IMG/VR virus record: IMGVR_UViG_3300025138_000015
Direction: 5' to 3' (one strand)
Length of the DNA: 64,000 bases
Origin: a virus
Position numbers and translations under genes: made by a program. The notes under the pieces were generated by a model that saw nothing but the letters and a program-made list of their open reading frames with translations, ran no database searches and was not told where the DNA came from. This document shows, in pieces, positions 38,312 to 46,055 of the stretch; the stretch's first letter is position 1, and every line of letters starts with the position of its first letter.

Positions 38312-39473
38312 TTTGTTCTCCTGGAGGATTTGCAACCAGTGTTCGTTCAAACCAGAGGGCTGCACCTGCAGCGGTACCTCCGTCATGTGGCATAGGGTCT
38401 ACAAAGAACTGGTGTTCTGGAAAGGCATCGAGATACTTATAGTTGTTCGTGCAATTGAGAGAGTATCCACCACTGAGAACAATGTTCTTACAATCTGGAT
38501 TCGCATCGACTGCCATCTGAATTGTTTTAATTGATTCTGCTAGTGTTTTCTCTTCGAGTTCTTGTGCAACTGAGAAGTTATTAAATACACCTGTCTCACT
38601 AATTGATTTGGCGTATGAGGCAAGACCCATAACTTTACCTGCACCTGTACCGATTTCGTCACAACCTAATGCAACTGACATCTGACTGAAGTTCATACCA
38701 CTTGAAGGTGCTGATGTGAATTCTAATTCGACACCATCTTTGTTTACGACTAGGGGTTCCATACAATGAAATGCATCGAACGCCATGTTAGGGAACTGCC
38801 AACCTATATCGGACACCATACGATGATTAGATAATTTCTGGTACTGGAGTTCTGGTTCCATACCAGGTTTGCATAAGTAGACTGAATCAGTCTCTTGATA
38901 AGAAGGATACTCATCGTGATACCTCATGGCACCACCACCATCCCAAACGATTGCGATTGCATCTTCGTTGTTCTTATAGTAAGGACTTAAATGATACCCA
39001 CACTCTGCATGATAGAAGTGATGTTCAGGTTCACAATGATAGTTTTCTAAATTCCAATGATAACCTGCTAACATATCTGCAATCTCAAAGTCTCTATCAC
39101 CTAGGTTATCTGATAGGTCGACATACTTGCCGTATGTCTCCATTAAAAATTCTATTCGTTCTCTTGTCAACTGTTCTGCACTGACATCTTTTGCAAACTG
39201 TTCTGCGAGAAGTCTATCTTCAATCAGTTGTGGGTCATCGATTGACCATACGAGATTTGCCCTATGGAAGGTTGCAAAGATTAAATGGTCTGGTTCTTGT
39301 ATGTTCGACTGGTCAATACACTGAAGGCCTTTATCGTGTTGAGCATCCAGTTTATCGGGGTCCCAAAATTTATGTCTACGAAATCTTGCCTCGTCATGAC
39401 AATACTTTAGTTCTCCGTTTTCAACTTCTGCTACCGATGTGTCGTGTGAAATATTTATTCCAATGATTCTCAT
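38298..39473 (-). CDS. Carbamoyltransferase N-terminal (Kae1-like) domain
   Basis: GINISHD, EHHFYHA, DGGG, GKVMGLASY, LSGGYSLNC, HDGGTAAGAA. Confidence 0.9.
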   Translation of the reverse strand: MRIIGINISHDTSVAEVENGELKYCHDEARFRRHKFWDPDKLDAQHDKGLQCIDQSNIQEPDHLIFATFHRANLVWSIDDPQLIEDRLLAEQFAKDVSAEQLTRERIEFLMETYGKYVDLSDNLGDRDFEIADMLAGYHWNLENYHCEPEHHFYHAECGYHLSPYYKNNEDAIAIVWDGGGAMRYHDEYPSYQETDSVYLCKPGMEPELQYQKLSNHRMVSDIGWQFPNMAFDAFHCMEPLVVNKDGVELEFTSAPSSGMNFSQMSVALGCDEIGTGAGKVMGLASYAKSISETGVFNNFSVAQELEEKTLAESIKTIQMAVDANPDCKNIVLSGGYSLNCTNNYKYLDAFPEHQFFVDPMPHDGGTAAGAALWFERTLVANPPGEQNDKD

Positions 39474-39494
39474 AATATAATCCTGTGTGTGTTA

Positions 39495-39674
39495 TTACTT
39501 ATTGTTATTATTACTATAATTCTTTTCTATCTGGTCTAATGTCACCAATTTATCATCAATGAATAATTCAACTGTTCGTTGACTACCTGATTTTTCTCCT
39601 GCAAAGAAGCCCCAAAGAAAGGAACCACCTGCACATGCAGATATAAAAATAAAATGTATAATATATAAATCCAT
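39495..39674 (-). CDS. Small membrane protein
   Basis: N-terminal hydrophobic helix. Confidence 0.5.
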   Translation of the reverse strand: MDLYIIHFIFISACAGGSFLWGFFAGEKSGSQRTVELFIDDKLVTLDQIEKNYSNNNNK

Positions 39675-39678
39675 ATAA

Positions 39679-40179
39679 CTATTTAGACATGTTCTCAATG
39701 TAGTTAATATTCAGACACACTCGTCTATAGGCATCATCTGTATTTGAAGTAGAGGCATGAGGTATATGACCATTAAATATAACCATACGATTGGCAACTG
39801 ACCTTACTTTCTCATCTTTAAACAATGTATCACCATCGTTATCATTTAAATAAAGTATTGCAGTTGTGTAATCATTCTTCGTATTAGGTAAATCGGTATG
39901 AAACTCATGTTCGACTCGTGACTCTGTTCTAGGTACAAGATTTAATTTCATTCTTAATAGTGAAAAGACATTGAGTTGTTTCAGTATAGGTTCAAAGTGT
40001 TCAAACATCCGAGACTTGACCTGACCTTCACTGTACAACATATGAGTATACTGAGGCGAAGGTGAATCATGGTAGGTGTTAATACCCTCATGGAAATACC
40101 AAGGGAAGTCCTCATCAAAGACATCTTTGACTAGGTCATTAAAATATTGTTTGTGCAAAAAATCATTTACGATTTGCAT
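39679..40179 (-). CDS. 2OG-Fe(II) oxygenase
   Basis: FHTD, TAILYLNDNDGDT, SVANRMVIFNG..PHAS, R..LNINY. Confidence 0.85.
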   Translation of the reverse strand: MQIVNDFLHKQYFNDLVKDVFDEDFPWYFHEGINTYHDSPSPQYTHMLYSEGQVKSRMFEHFEPILKQLNVFSLLRMKLNLVPRTESRVEHEFHTDLPNTKNDYTTAILYLNDNDGDTLFKDEKVRSVANRMVIFNGHIPHASTSNTDDAYRRVCLNINYIENMSK

Positions 40180-40354
40180 ACACACTCTTTAGTTTATCAA
40201 CACACCAGTATACACCGTCTACGATACCGTCCCACACTACGAAGCGTTTCGACCATACATAGACTACGATTCCGACCCATACTAACACCGAACCGAAATA
40301 TTTAATTGTCCATATAAGGACATTAAAGGGCATAAAAAATAAAAACTCTAACAT
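40163..40354 (-). CDS. Small membrane protein
   Basis: MLEFLFFMPFNVLIW; AGGGAG RBS. Confidence 0.5.
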   Translation of the reverse strand: MLEFLFFMPFNVLIWTIKYFGSVLVWVGIVVYVWSKRFVVWDGIVDGVYWCVDKLKSVYANRK

Positions 40355-40439
40355 AGTATACTCCCTACGAAGGCCACCCATAAAGGTAGGGTGACTAGAC
40401 CAGTAAATTCTATTATATATCTGTGGAACAATTCTTCCA

Positions 40440-40727
40440 TTATAATACCTCAAATAAATTACGAAGTAGAAGAGCAACCCCTACACCATTTAATAACACA
40501 AGGGCTCTATCTTTCCATAGTAGACCTACGACTAACCATCCTGTGACACCTACTGTAGACAATATCAAATCATATAACTGATACTCTGGTATACCTCTCA
40601 TAGACATAGACACCATAATGAATATAGATGCAATCCATTTAACATACCATGAGTAGTCATACTTAGGAGTAGCCGACTTAAATATTCGTTTACTATTCTC
40701 TAACTCTTTTCTATCATACTTATCCAA
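40440..40727 (-). CDS. Conserved membrane protein
   Basis: SWYVKWIAS, GWLVVGLLWKDRALVLLN. Confidence 0.7.
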   Translation of the reverse strand: MDKYDRKELENSKRIFKSATPKYDYSWYVKWIASIFIMVSMSMRGIPEYQLYDLILSTVGVTGWLVVGLLWKDRALVLLNGVGVALLLRNLFEVL

Positions 40728-40842
40728 GATACCCTCCGTCTAACAACACAGCCATTATAACAACGGCACTCAAAACATACAAGGTGTATTTAATTAAAAA
40801 CCATATACATTTACCTATGAGAATGAATATATTATCTAACAC
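40720..40842 (-). CDS. Small membrane peptide (GTG start)
   Basis: Not in track; 40-aa hydrophobic ORF filling the gap between two genes. Confidence 0.35.
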   Translation of the reverse strand: MLDNIFILIGKCIWFLIKYTLYVLSAVVIMAVLLDGGYLG

Positions 40843-41050
40843 TGAACCACCTACGAATAGTATAGACTCTCGTATATGCAACGAAGGTCATTAATGCAGT
40901 AATCAGTGTACCTATGTGAAAAGTATTTGTCATGTCCCACACATCTATGCATATAAACAATAGAAATAAATTCAATGGATAATTAATTAACAGACCAGTA
41001 CCAACAGTGGTAGCAGTCTCTTTGTGTAATTGTCTTGATGCTTTACTCAT
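40832..41050 (-). CDS. Conserved small membrane protein
   Basis: ETATTVGTGLLINYPL, RVYTIRRWF. Confidence 0.65.
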   Translation of the reverse strand: MSKASRQLHKETATTVGTGLLINYPLNLFLLFICIDVWDMTNTFHIGTLITALMTFVAYTRVYTIRRWFSVR

Positions 41051-41173
41051 ATAAAATCTCTGGTGGTAAAAAAGTTTACCGGAAAAAAATTCTTCATTCA
41101 CGCTTAGATAGGTGCTTTACTCTCTACCACCACGATATACGGTCCCTTAATCACTGTTTGCTCAGATATACCT

Positions 41174-41361
41174 CTAAGACTTCACAGGAGACTCTCTCCT
41201 TAATTCAATGACATGACCCTTTGTCTCGTATTGTCTTGCAAGTTTCAACCCTTCCTTTAAAGGTAGAGGTTCCACTGTACGACAAGTCAATGGTTCTGTT
41301 CTATTCTTAGGCATACTGTATAAACTTACAGTAGTCCACTCGTACTTTGAACCATCCATTA
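41174..41361 (-). CDS. Hypothetical protein (start uncertain)
   Basis: ORF downstream of the promoter at 41358-41386. Confidence 0.35.
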
Positions 41362-41398
41362 TAACATATTCCTCATGCTTTGGCAACGCCTTCGGAGA
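41358..41398 (-). promoter_or_regulatory. Sigma70 promoter with conserved upstream element
   Basis: TCTCCGAAGGCG-TTGCCA-17-TATAAT. Confidence 0.75.
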
Positions 41399-41431
41399 TG
41401 CAGTAACCATACGGCTCTCCGACTATATAAT

Positions 41432-41504
41432 TGGAGCGGAGACATAGACTTGAACTATGAACTCAAACATGGAATGATTGCGTGTTGCATTACACCATCT
41501 CCGC
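41432..41504 (-). tRNA. tRNA-Gly(UCC)
   Basis: GCGGAGA acceptor, anticodon loop ATTCCAT, T-arm CATAG-TTCAAGT-CTATG, U73, CCA end; atypical D-loop. Confidence 0.85.
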
Positions 41505-41621
41505 TGAATAGGTGAGTATCTCTCTCATGTACTCTTGGCATTCTCAGTATACCTCTCTAGTGACTTACCTCTCTGCAATCCACGAACACATTCACTAGTT
41601 GATTTCGCTTCTTATACATCT

Positions 41622-41650
41622 ATTATACACCTATTGAGCGTATAATACAA
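41622..41650 (-). promoter_or_regulatory. Sigma70-type promoter upstream of tRNA-Gly
   Basis: TTGTAT-17-TATAAT. Confidence 0.6.
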
Positions 41651-41658
41651 GTGGTTTT

Positions 41659-41874
41659 TTAATGAAATACTGATTTATTTCCGTTAACCACTAAGTAATC
41701 TATCTGAATCTGACCTCGAATTTCGATATCAGTACGCAATTTAACATTCTCACACATGACATTCCAATCATGGTTACCACCTGCATGTATCAACTGCATC
41801 TCTCTTGCACTCAAAGGTATCTCTACCGCTTGTGAAGTTGCAAGGTGGACACCAATCAAACCATTCTCTATCAT
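41659..41874 (-). CDS. Hypothetical early protein
   Basis: 71-aa ORF coupled to an upstream peptide. Confidence 0.6.
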   Translation of the reverse strand: MIENGLIGVHLATSQAVEIPLSAREMQLIHAGGNHDWNVMCENVKLRTDIEIRGQIQIDYLVVNGNKSVFH

Positions 41875-41969
41875 GATATTAAACCTATGATGAGTGGTAC
41901 TATGAACAAGGATAACCCTTGAAGGAAGTCAGTATCTAATAATCCGTTTTTCTTTATTGCTTTTATCAT
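41871..41969 (-). CDS. 32-aa membrane peptide (leaderless)
   Basis: Not in track; MIKAIKKNGLLDTDFLQGLSLFIVPLIIGLIS; ATG 6 nt after the -10 box. Confidence 0.5.
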   Translation of the reverse strand: MIKAIKKNGLLDTDFLQGLSLFIVPLIIGLIS

Positions 41970-41975
41970 GGTACT

Positions 41976-42005
41976 AGTATATCAAAAAGTGAACAGCATT
42001 GTCAA
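41976..42005 (-). promoter_or_regulatory. Sigma70 early promoter
   Basis: TTGACA-18-TATACT with the CACTTTTTGA spacer shared with the 27.7/28.4 kb cassettes. Confidence 0.8.
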
Positions 42006-42045
42006 CGCCATGTATATCACTAGAATGGACTAGACAATAGGGGGT

Positions 42046-42086
42046 ATGGTACAGGTGTTTTAAGCAAATGGCAACGCCTTCGGAGA
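42046..42086 (-). promoter_or_regulatory. Sigma70 promoter with conserved upstream element
   Basis: TCTCCGAAGGCG-TTGCCA-17-TACCAT; 18 bp identical to 41381-41398. Confidence 0.65.
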
Positions 42087-42375
42087 CCTATCAACCACAG
42101 GGGTTAGGAGGGTGTCTCTCATGCTCTCTGAGACATCTATTCGCGTCTCTGAGATGCAGTGGGAGTAGGGGTTCCCGAGTGCTTTGACCCCATGCGTAAA
42201 ATGTGTTTTGTATCTCTTAACACGCTCAGTGAAACCAGTAAACTCCACCGTAGGCGAAACCATGATATATTTGATTATTTTCTCACACTTTGACACACTT
42301 CTGCACACATTATATTCGATTACAGAATGGACTCTGAGAAATTATATTCCAACATGCATTCCTACTGCATTCCTT

Positions 42376-42450
42376 TGGCGTCCCTACTAGGATTCGAACC
42401 TAGACTAAGAGTTTAGAAGACTCTGGTGCTATCCATTACACTATAAGGAC
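42376..42450 (-). tRNA. tRNA-Arg(UCU)
   Basis: Cloverleaf; AGAGT-CTTCTAA-ACTCT; GTTCGAATC; CCA end. Confidence 0.95.
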
Positions 42451-42460
42451 TATAAGAGAA

Positions 42461-43108
42461 TTACTTTGAGTTGAATCTATTCGTTATTCTCTTCATTCTA
42501 TCATGCATATTCATATGTGATATGAAGTCGGTGGTTTCACTCTCTATTTGTTCTTTGATGAGTGGGTGGTTATCATGGTATATGTCCATTGCCATTGATA
42601 TACGAGGGGTATTACTCATGTGTGAGTTGACTCCGTGTTCTACCATACTACCTATCAGGTGCATGACTCCTTGTGAATTACGCTCGTAGGTTTCGTTGTA
42701 GTGTGTACCTGTTGTTTCAGGTCCTGATATGAATGTGTTTGATGCGTAGAAGTTGTTGTAGTCTGTAGGTATATTCTCTTCCGCGTGGAAGTGTGGTGGT
42801 ATATTCTCTGTCTGACGGAGTATATTGACCCAACATTGAACATATAGTACCTCTTCGTCTTGGAATTCGGGAAGCGTAAAGAGTCTCTTCGGTATATCGA
42901 ATATCTCTAGGTCTGGATTGTTTAACCAATTGTATACTGGAAATTGATTTGTTGTACCTGTGTACGATGACTTTTGGTTATTCGGTATCGAAAGTACCAT
43001 ACGCTCGTCGCGTAATAGTATCTTCGATAGTCGATTGCACTCTTCTGGTGTGAAGAGGTTGTATTGTGACCTATGTGTGTAGGGGTCGTATTCTTTTATA
43101 AAACCCAT
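42461..43108 (-). CDS. Putative 2OG-Fe(II) oxygenase
   Basis: WVNILR..IPPHFH, VEHGV, PRISMAMD. Confidence 0.7.
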   Translation of the reverse strand: MGFIKEYDPYTHRSQYNLFTPEECNRLSKILLRDERMVLSIPNNQKSSYTGTTNQFPVYNWLNNPDLEIFDIPKRLFTLPEFQDEEVLYVQCWVNILRQTENIPPHFHAEENIPTDYNNFYASNTFISGPETTGTHYNETYERNSQGVMHLIGSMVEHGVNSHMSNTPRISMAMDIYHDNHPLIKEQIESETTDFISHMNMHDRMKRITNRFNSK

Positions 43109-44016
43109 AGTCGTAGATAAAGGTCTTGCATCATACCTTCTCCTTTGACTGATAGAAATCTACAATGACGATTAAGTCTTTTCCACTCATGTCCGAAGTA
43201 TACAAATGCTGATTCCATTTGTTCTATTCCTTCTGGACCTGGTGCTCCATCCCATATTCCAGGGAAGTAAGGTAATACTTTCTCATCCCATACATCATTG
43301 AATTCTGTATTTCTATTCTCGTCATTAATATACCAAGGTGCATATGTTCCAGGAGGTGGTGCAAGTTTCATACCTGTGAAGTTGTCACTGATATATGCAC
43401 CTAATCCTTTCTCTTGTTCTTCTGGTGTATATGTCTCTTTAGTGAGTTCTGAACAGTCATTACCATTGAATCTAATTAAGTCTGTCTGAATACTAGGTGT
43501 GTCTTCCCACCATGAGGAGGTGACTCCTAGATATGGTGATTTAGTATCTCTGATTGATACCATTTGTTCACCTGTCAATTTGATGTGAGTCGGTAGTTCT
43601 GATATCTCACCTGCCATAGGGATTCTTTCAATGTAGAACTTCTGACATAGTTCAAGTGGTAAGAAATTGATGTCGTTGATAACAATCATGTCTTCTGAAG
43701 ACCAATCACCGTTTTTAAACAAGTCTAACTTATAGAACTCATCGTTGGTGATATCATCTCTCTTAGTAAGAGGTTTAATAGTCATACCAAAGTTTGTTTC
43801 GAGTCCTTCTGCATTATCAGTATAACAGATAACATTAAGTTTAAGAAAAGGTAATATAACATCTACTCTATGACGAAGTAGTAGTTTCTGTATTGCGTTG
43901 ACCTTATCGATTGAATCTTGGTCATGTGTAGTCTTTAATAAAACTACATTTAAATTGGTTTGATTTGTTAAACCTTGACTATGTTGTTCTTCTATTGATT
44001 GTGTTGTGTCATTCAT
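43096..44016 (-). CDS. Hypothetical protein, possible glycosyltransferase (GT-A-like)
   Basis: ICYTDN..GL and YKLDLF resemble phage GT-like proteins; DxD not clearly conserved. Confidence 0.45.
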   Translation of the reverse strand: MNDTTQSIEEQHSQGLTNQTNLNVVLLKTTHDQDSIDKVNAIQKLLLRHRVDVILPFLKLNVICYTDNAEGLETNFGMTIKPLTKRDDITNDEFYKLDLFKNGDWSSEDMIVINDINFLPLELCQKFYIERIPMAGEISELPTHIKLTGEQMVSIRDTKSPYLGVTSSWWEDTPSIQTDLIRFNGNDCSELTKETYTPEEQEKGLGAYISDNFTGMKLAPPPGTYAPWYINDENRNTEFNDVWDEKVLPYFPGIWDGAPGPEGIEQMESAFVYFGHEWKRLNRHCRFLSVKGEGMMQDLYLRLWVL

Positions 44017-44048
44017 TATTATTCAATTTCTCCATGTTATATGAATAT

Positions 44049-44402
44049 TTATCTTCTCATACGAGCAAGGTCTTTTGCATATTGACCTTTCTCACCTATT
44101 TCCTCTTCAAAGACTGGCACAAGATTACTCTTATGCATGACTGCAATACCTAGGAGTTTTCTTTCACCTGTATATTGCATAGGTTCTTGTTTACACATAT
44201 GTGACAAGTCACCTGTAGTCCCTGTATATGAGGGATAGTCCTCGATTCTCAATTCAGATACAATTTTATTGTATTGTCTTTGTTGAGATTCTAATAACTC
44301 ATTGTATTTAGTTCGTTTGGATTTAACAGAAAAGGCCTTTGTCTTTCTTTTCTTACCATGTGGTCCGTATTTAATACTTGACCCTAAATTAATAAAACCC
44401 AT
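44049..44402 (-). CDS. Conserved phage hypothetical protein
   Basis: YTGERKLLGIAVMHKSNLVPVF...DLARMRR. Confidence 0.75.
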   Translation of the reverse strand: MGFINLGSSIKYGPHGKKRKTKAFSVKSKRTKYNELLESQQRQYNKIVSELRIEDYPSYTGTTGDLSHMCKQEPMQYTGERKLLGIAVMHKSNLVPVFEEEIGEKGQYAKDLARMRR

Positions 44403-44408
44403 ACACTA

Positions 44409-44437
44409 AGTATACTCGGTGTATGGGGTTTTGTCAA
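44409..44437 (-). promoter_or_regulatory. Sigma70 promoter (leaderless transcript)
   Basis: TTGACA-17-TATACT, 6 nt from the ATG. Confidence 0.8.
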
Positions 44438-44442
44438 GTGTT

Positions 44443-44580
44443 TTATGAAACTAATTTTACTACTTTGTGTAGTCGTCCTGATTTCATTAACTTGTTAAAT
44501 CTGCCTAATGGTCGTCTATAAGTTATCTTTGAAAGATATCTAGTGATGAACGAGGCAGACAATGATGCTCTATATGACAT
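44443..44580 (-). CDS. 45-aa basic peptide
   Basis: Not in track; MSYRASLSASFITRYLSKITYRRPLGRFNKLMKSGRLHKVVKLVS; AGGAG RBS. Confidence 0.6.
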   Translation of the reverse strand: MSYRASLSASFITRYLSKITYRRPLGRFNKLMKSGRLHKVVKLVS

Positions 44581-44598
44581 TGTTATCTCCTGTTGTGT

Positions 44599-44693
44599 TG
44601 AAACTCTCCGACATCTGCACTTCGATTTCTCTACTTAGTCTTGTGTCTTACTTGTTTCAGTTATGTGTCATTTGTGTGACACTAGTATTTATA
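44599..44693 (-). promoter_or_regulatory. Late promoter TATAAATA (44686-44693) plus structured 5' leader
   Basis: Exact late box, then hairpins including AGUA-GA-GAAA-UC-GAA. Confidence 0.55.
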
Positions 44694-44700
44694 AGGAAAG

Positions 44701-44790
44701 TGGCGGAAGATGAAGGATTCGAACCTTCGATACCGATAAAGGTATGCTGGTTTTCAAGACCAGTGCATTCAACCACTCTGCCAATCTTCC
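44701..44790 (-). tRNA. tRNA-Ser(UGA)
   Basis: CTGGT-CTTGAAA-ACCAG, long variable arm, CCA end. Confidence 0.95.
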
Positions 44791-44797
44791 TTATAAG

Positions 44798-44873
44798 TGG
44801 TGGAGCTAGAGGGAATCGAACCCACGACCTACTGATTGCAAACCAGTCGCTCTCCCAACTGAGCTATAGCCCC
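44798..44873 (-). tRNA. tRNA-Ala(UGC)
   Basis: GGGGCTA acceptor with G3:U70, anticodon loop TTTGCAA, CCA end. Confidence 0.95.
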
Positions 44874-44881
44874 TTAATTGT

Positions 44882-45049
44882 TTATTCTTTTGTCTTCTTA
44901 GTCTTTGTTGTTCTTGACTTATAGACCTTTTTGTATGCTTCGTTAACATCAGGTGTTGATTTGTCGTCTGCAACATAACGACCTTTCTCGTCTCTTGCTC
45001 TAACAGTTTCGTAACCTAACCATGTTGTTAATTTATCCCAAAATGCCAT
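44882..45049 (-). CDS. Small conserved hypothetical protein
   Basis: Not in track; RARDEKGRYVADDKSTPDVNEAY motif. Confidence 0.65.
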   Translation of the reverse strand: MAFWDKLTTWLGYETVRARDEKGRYVADDKSTPDVNEAYKKVYKSRTTKTKKTKE

Positions 45050-45272
45050 TTTCTTTTTCCTCAGTTGTGAATACTATGTTAGCTAATCCTAACTTTCTTC
45101 GTCTATCAAACTCAATGTTGATTTTTCTTTTTAATCTACCAGTTGTATTGGCATTGTTAAACTTTTCAATCAATGTTTTAATTGATTGTTGTTTCATATA
45201 TTGGTGAGTAGTGGTTTTCTTACCTGTTCCTCTCTCTACTGTGACCTGTGTCGGTCCAAATTTTACTGGCAT
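45033..45272 (-). CDS. Hypothetical basic protein
   Basis: MPVKFGPT; AGGA RBS. Confidence 0.65.
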   Translation of the reverse strand: MPVKFGPTQVTVERGTGKKTTTHQYMKQQSIKTLIEKFNNANTTGRLKRKINIEFDRRRKLGLANIVFTTEEKENGILG

Positions 45273-45273
45273 A

Positions 45274-45420
45274 TTATTTCCTGTTTTCTTGATACCATTT
45301 CAGTGAACACTCAGGTCCACAAAAAATGATAGCTTCATTGTTTTCATTTGGTGCAGTGTGATACTTTACCTCTTCTATAGGTACCATTGTATCACAAACT
45401 TCACATTTATAATAGTGCAT
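45274..45420 (-). CDS. Small TRASH/YHS-like metal-binding protein
   Basis: Not in track; CEVC...FCGPECS. Confidence 0.6.
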   Translation of the reverse strand: MHYYKCEVCDTMVPIEEVKYHTAPNENNEAIIFCGPECSLKWYQENRK

Positions 45421-46054
45421 TATATGTTAAACTTTCAGTTTCTTCTAACATATCATCATTAGCAGCTTGTATGACTTCATCTGGTAATGGGTCATGTGAT
45501 AACTCATTCTGAAACCATACTGCAAGAACTGTTCTTATTCCTGTTTTCACTGTTGAGACACCATGCCATACAGATGTAGAATGATTAAATAATACTGCAT
45601 CACCTTGATTTGCATTAAATGTAATATCATCTACAATTAAATTGCCACCTGTGTAATCATCATCTAAAAAAATGACTGCAGTTGCAGTATCGAATGTGTC
45701 TGCATTGTCGTTATGAAACGGCATGCTAGAACCTGTTGGATATTCCATTACTTGCATGTATGAAATAAACTCAAAATCTTTATGCTCTGGTATAGTAGGC
45801 ATTATCTTATCTGCAAAATACATGTAATCTTCTTCAGAAGAGGGTGTTATGTTCCAACATAATCTACCTAGTTTATCTATATACTTGAAACTGTCCTTCT
45901 CATCATCATTTACAACTTGCACTTCTTGTTCTTCTAGGTACTCAACTTCAGTTTTTTCTTTCTGTTTAAACTTATGCATTATAAGACGACAAGTATCCTT
46001 TTTCATTGACTTAGGCGTATACATAAGTATTCTTGGCTCAGTAGAACTTGTCAT
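45407..46054 (-). CDS. 2OG-Fe(II) oxygenase (prolyl-4-hydroxylase-like)
   Basis: FHND, FLDDDYTGG, WHGVSTVKTGIR..LAVWF. Confidence 0.88.
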   Translation of the reverse strand: MTSSTEPRILMYTPKSMKKDTCRLIMHKFKQKEKTEVEYLEEQEVQVVNDDEKDSFKYIDKLGRLCWNITPSSEEDYMYFADKIMPTIPEHKDFEFISYMQVMEYPTGSSMPFHNDNADTFDTATAVIFLDDDYTGGNLIVDDITFNANQGDAVLFNHSTSVWHGVSTVKTGIRTVLAVWFQNELSHDPLPDEVIQAANDDMLEETESLTYNALL

Positions 46055-46055
46055 T

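Noticed and set aside
38298-38386. Carbamoyltransferase as a frameshifted pseudogene
   Set aside because: The second half has its own strong RBS and ATG, and motifs are intact in both halves
41432-41504. Alternative reading of the tRNA as Trp(CCA)
   Set aside because: That register gives no anticodon stem; the GCGGAGA acceptor and U73 fit Gly
42052-42068. TTTGCTTAA as a T4 MotA box
   Set aside because: Spacing to -10 (8 nt) is shorter than in T4 middle promoters, and a normal -35 is present
42060-42390. ORFs 42060-42308(-) and 42184-42390(+), and the shared SPKALP peptide with 41174-41410
   Set aside because: The shared peptide is just the translation of the 18-bp promoter repeat; no RBS or typical codon usage
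44562-44924. 120-aa plus-strand ORF in the track
   Set aside because: Antisense to tRNA-Ser, tRNA-Ala and a structured leader; shadow ORF
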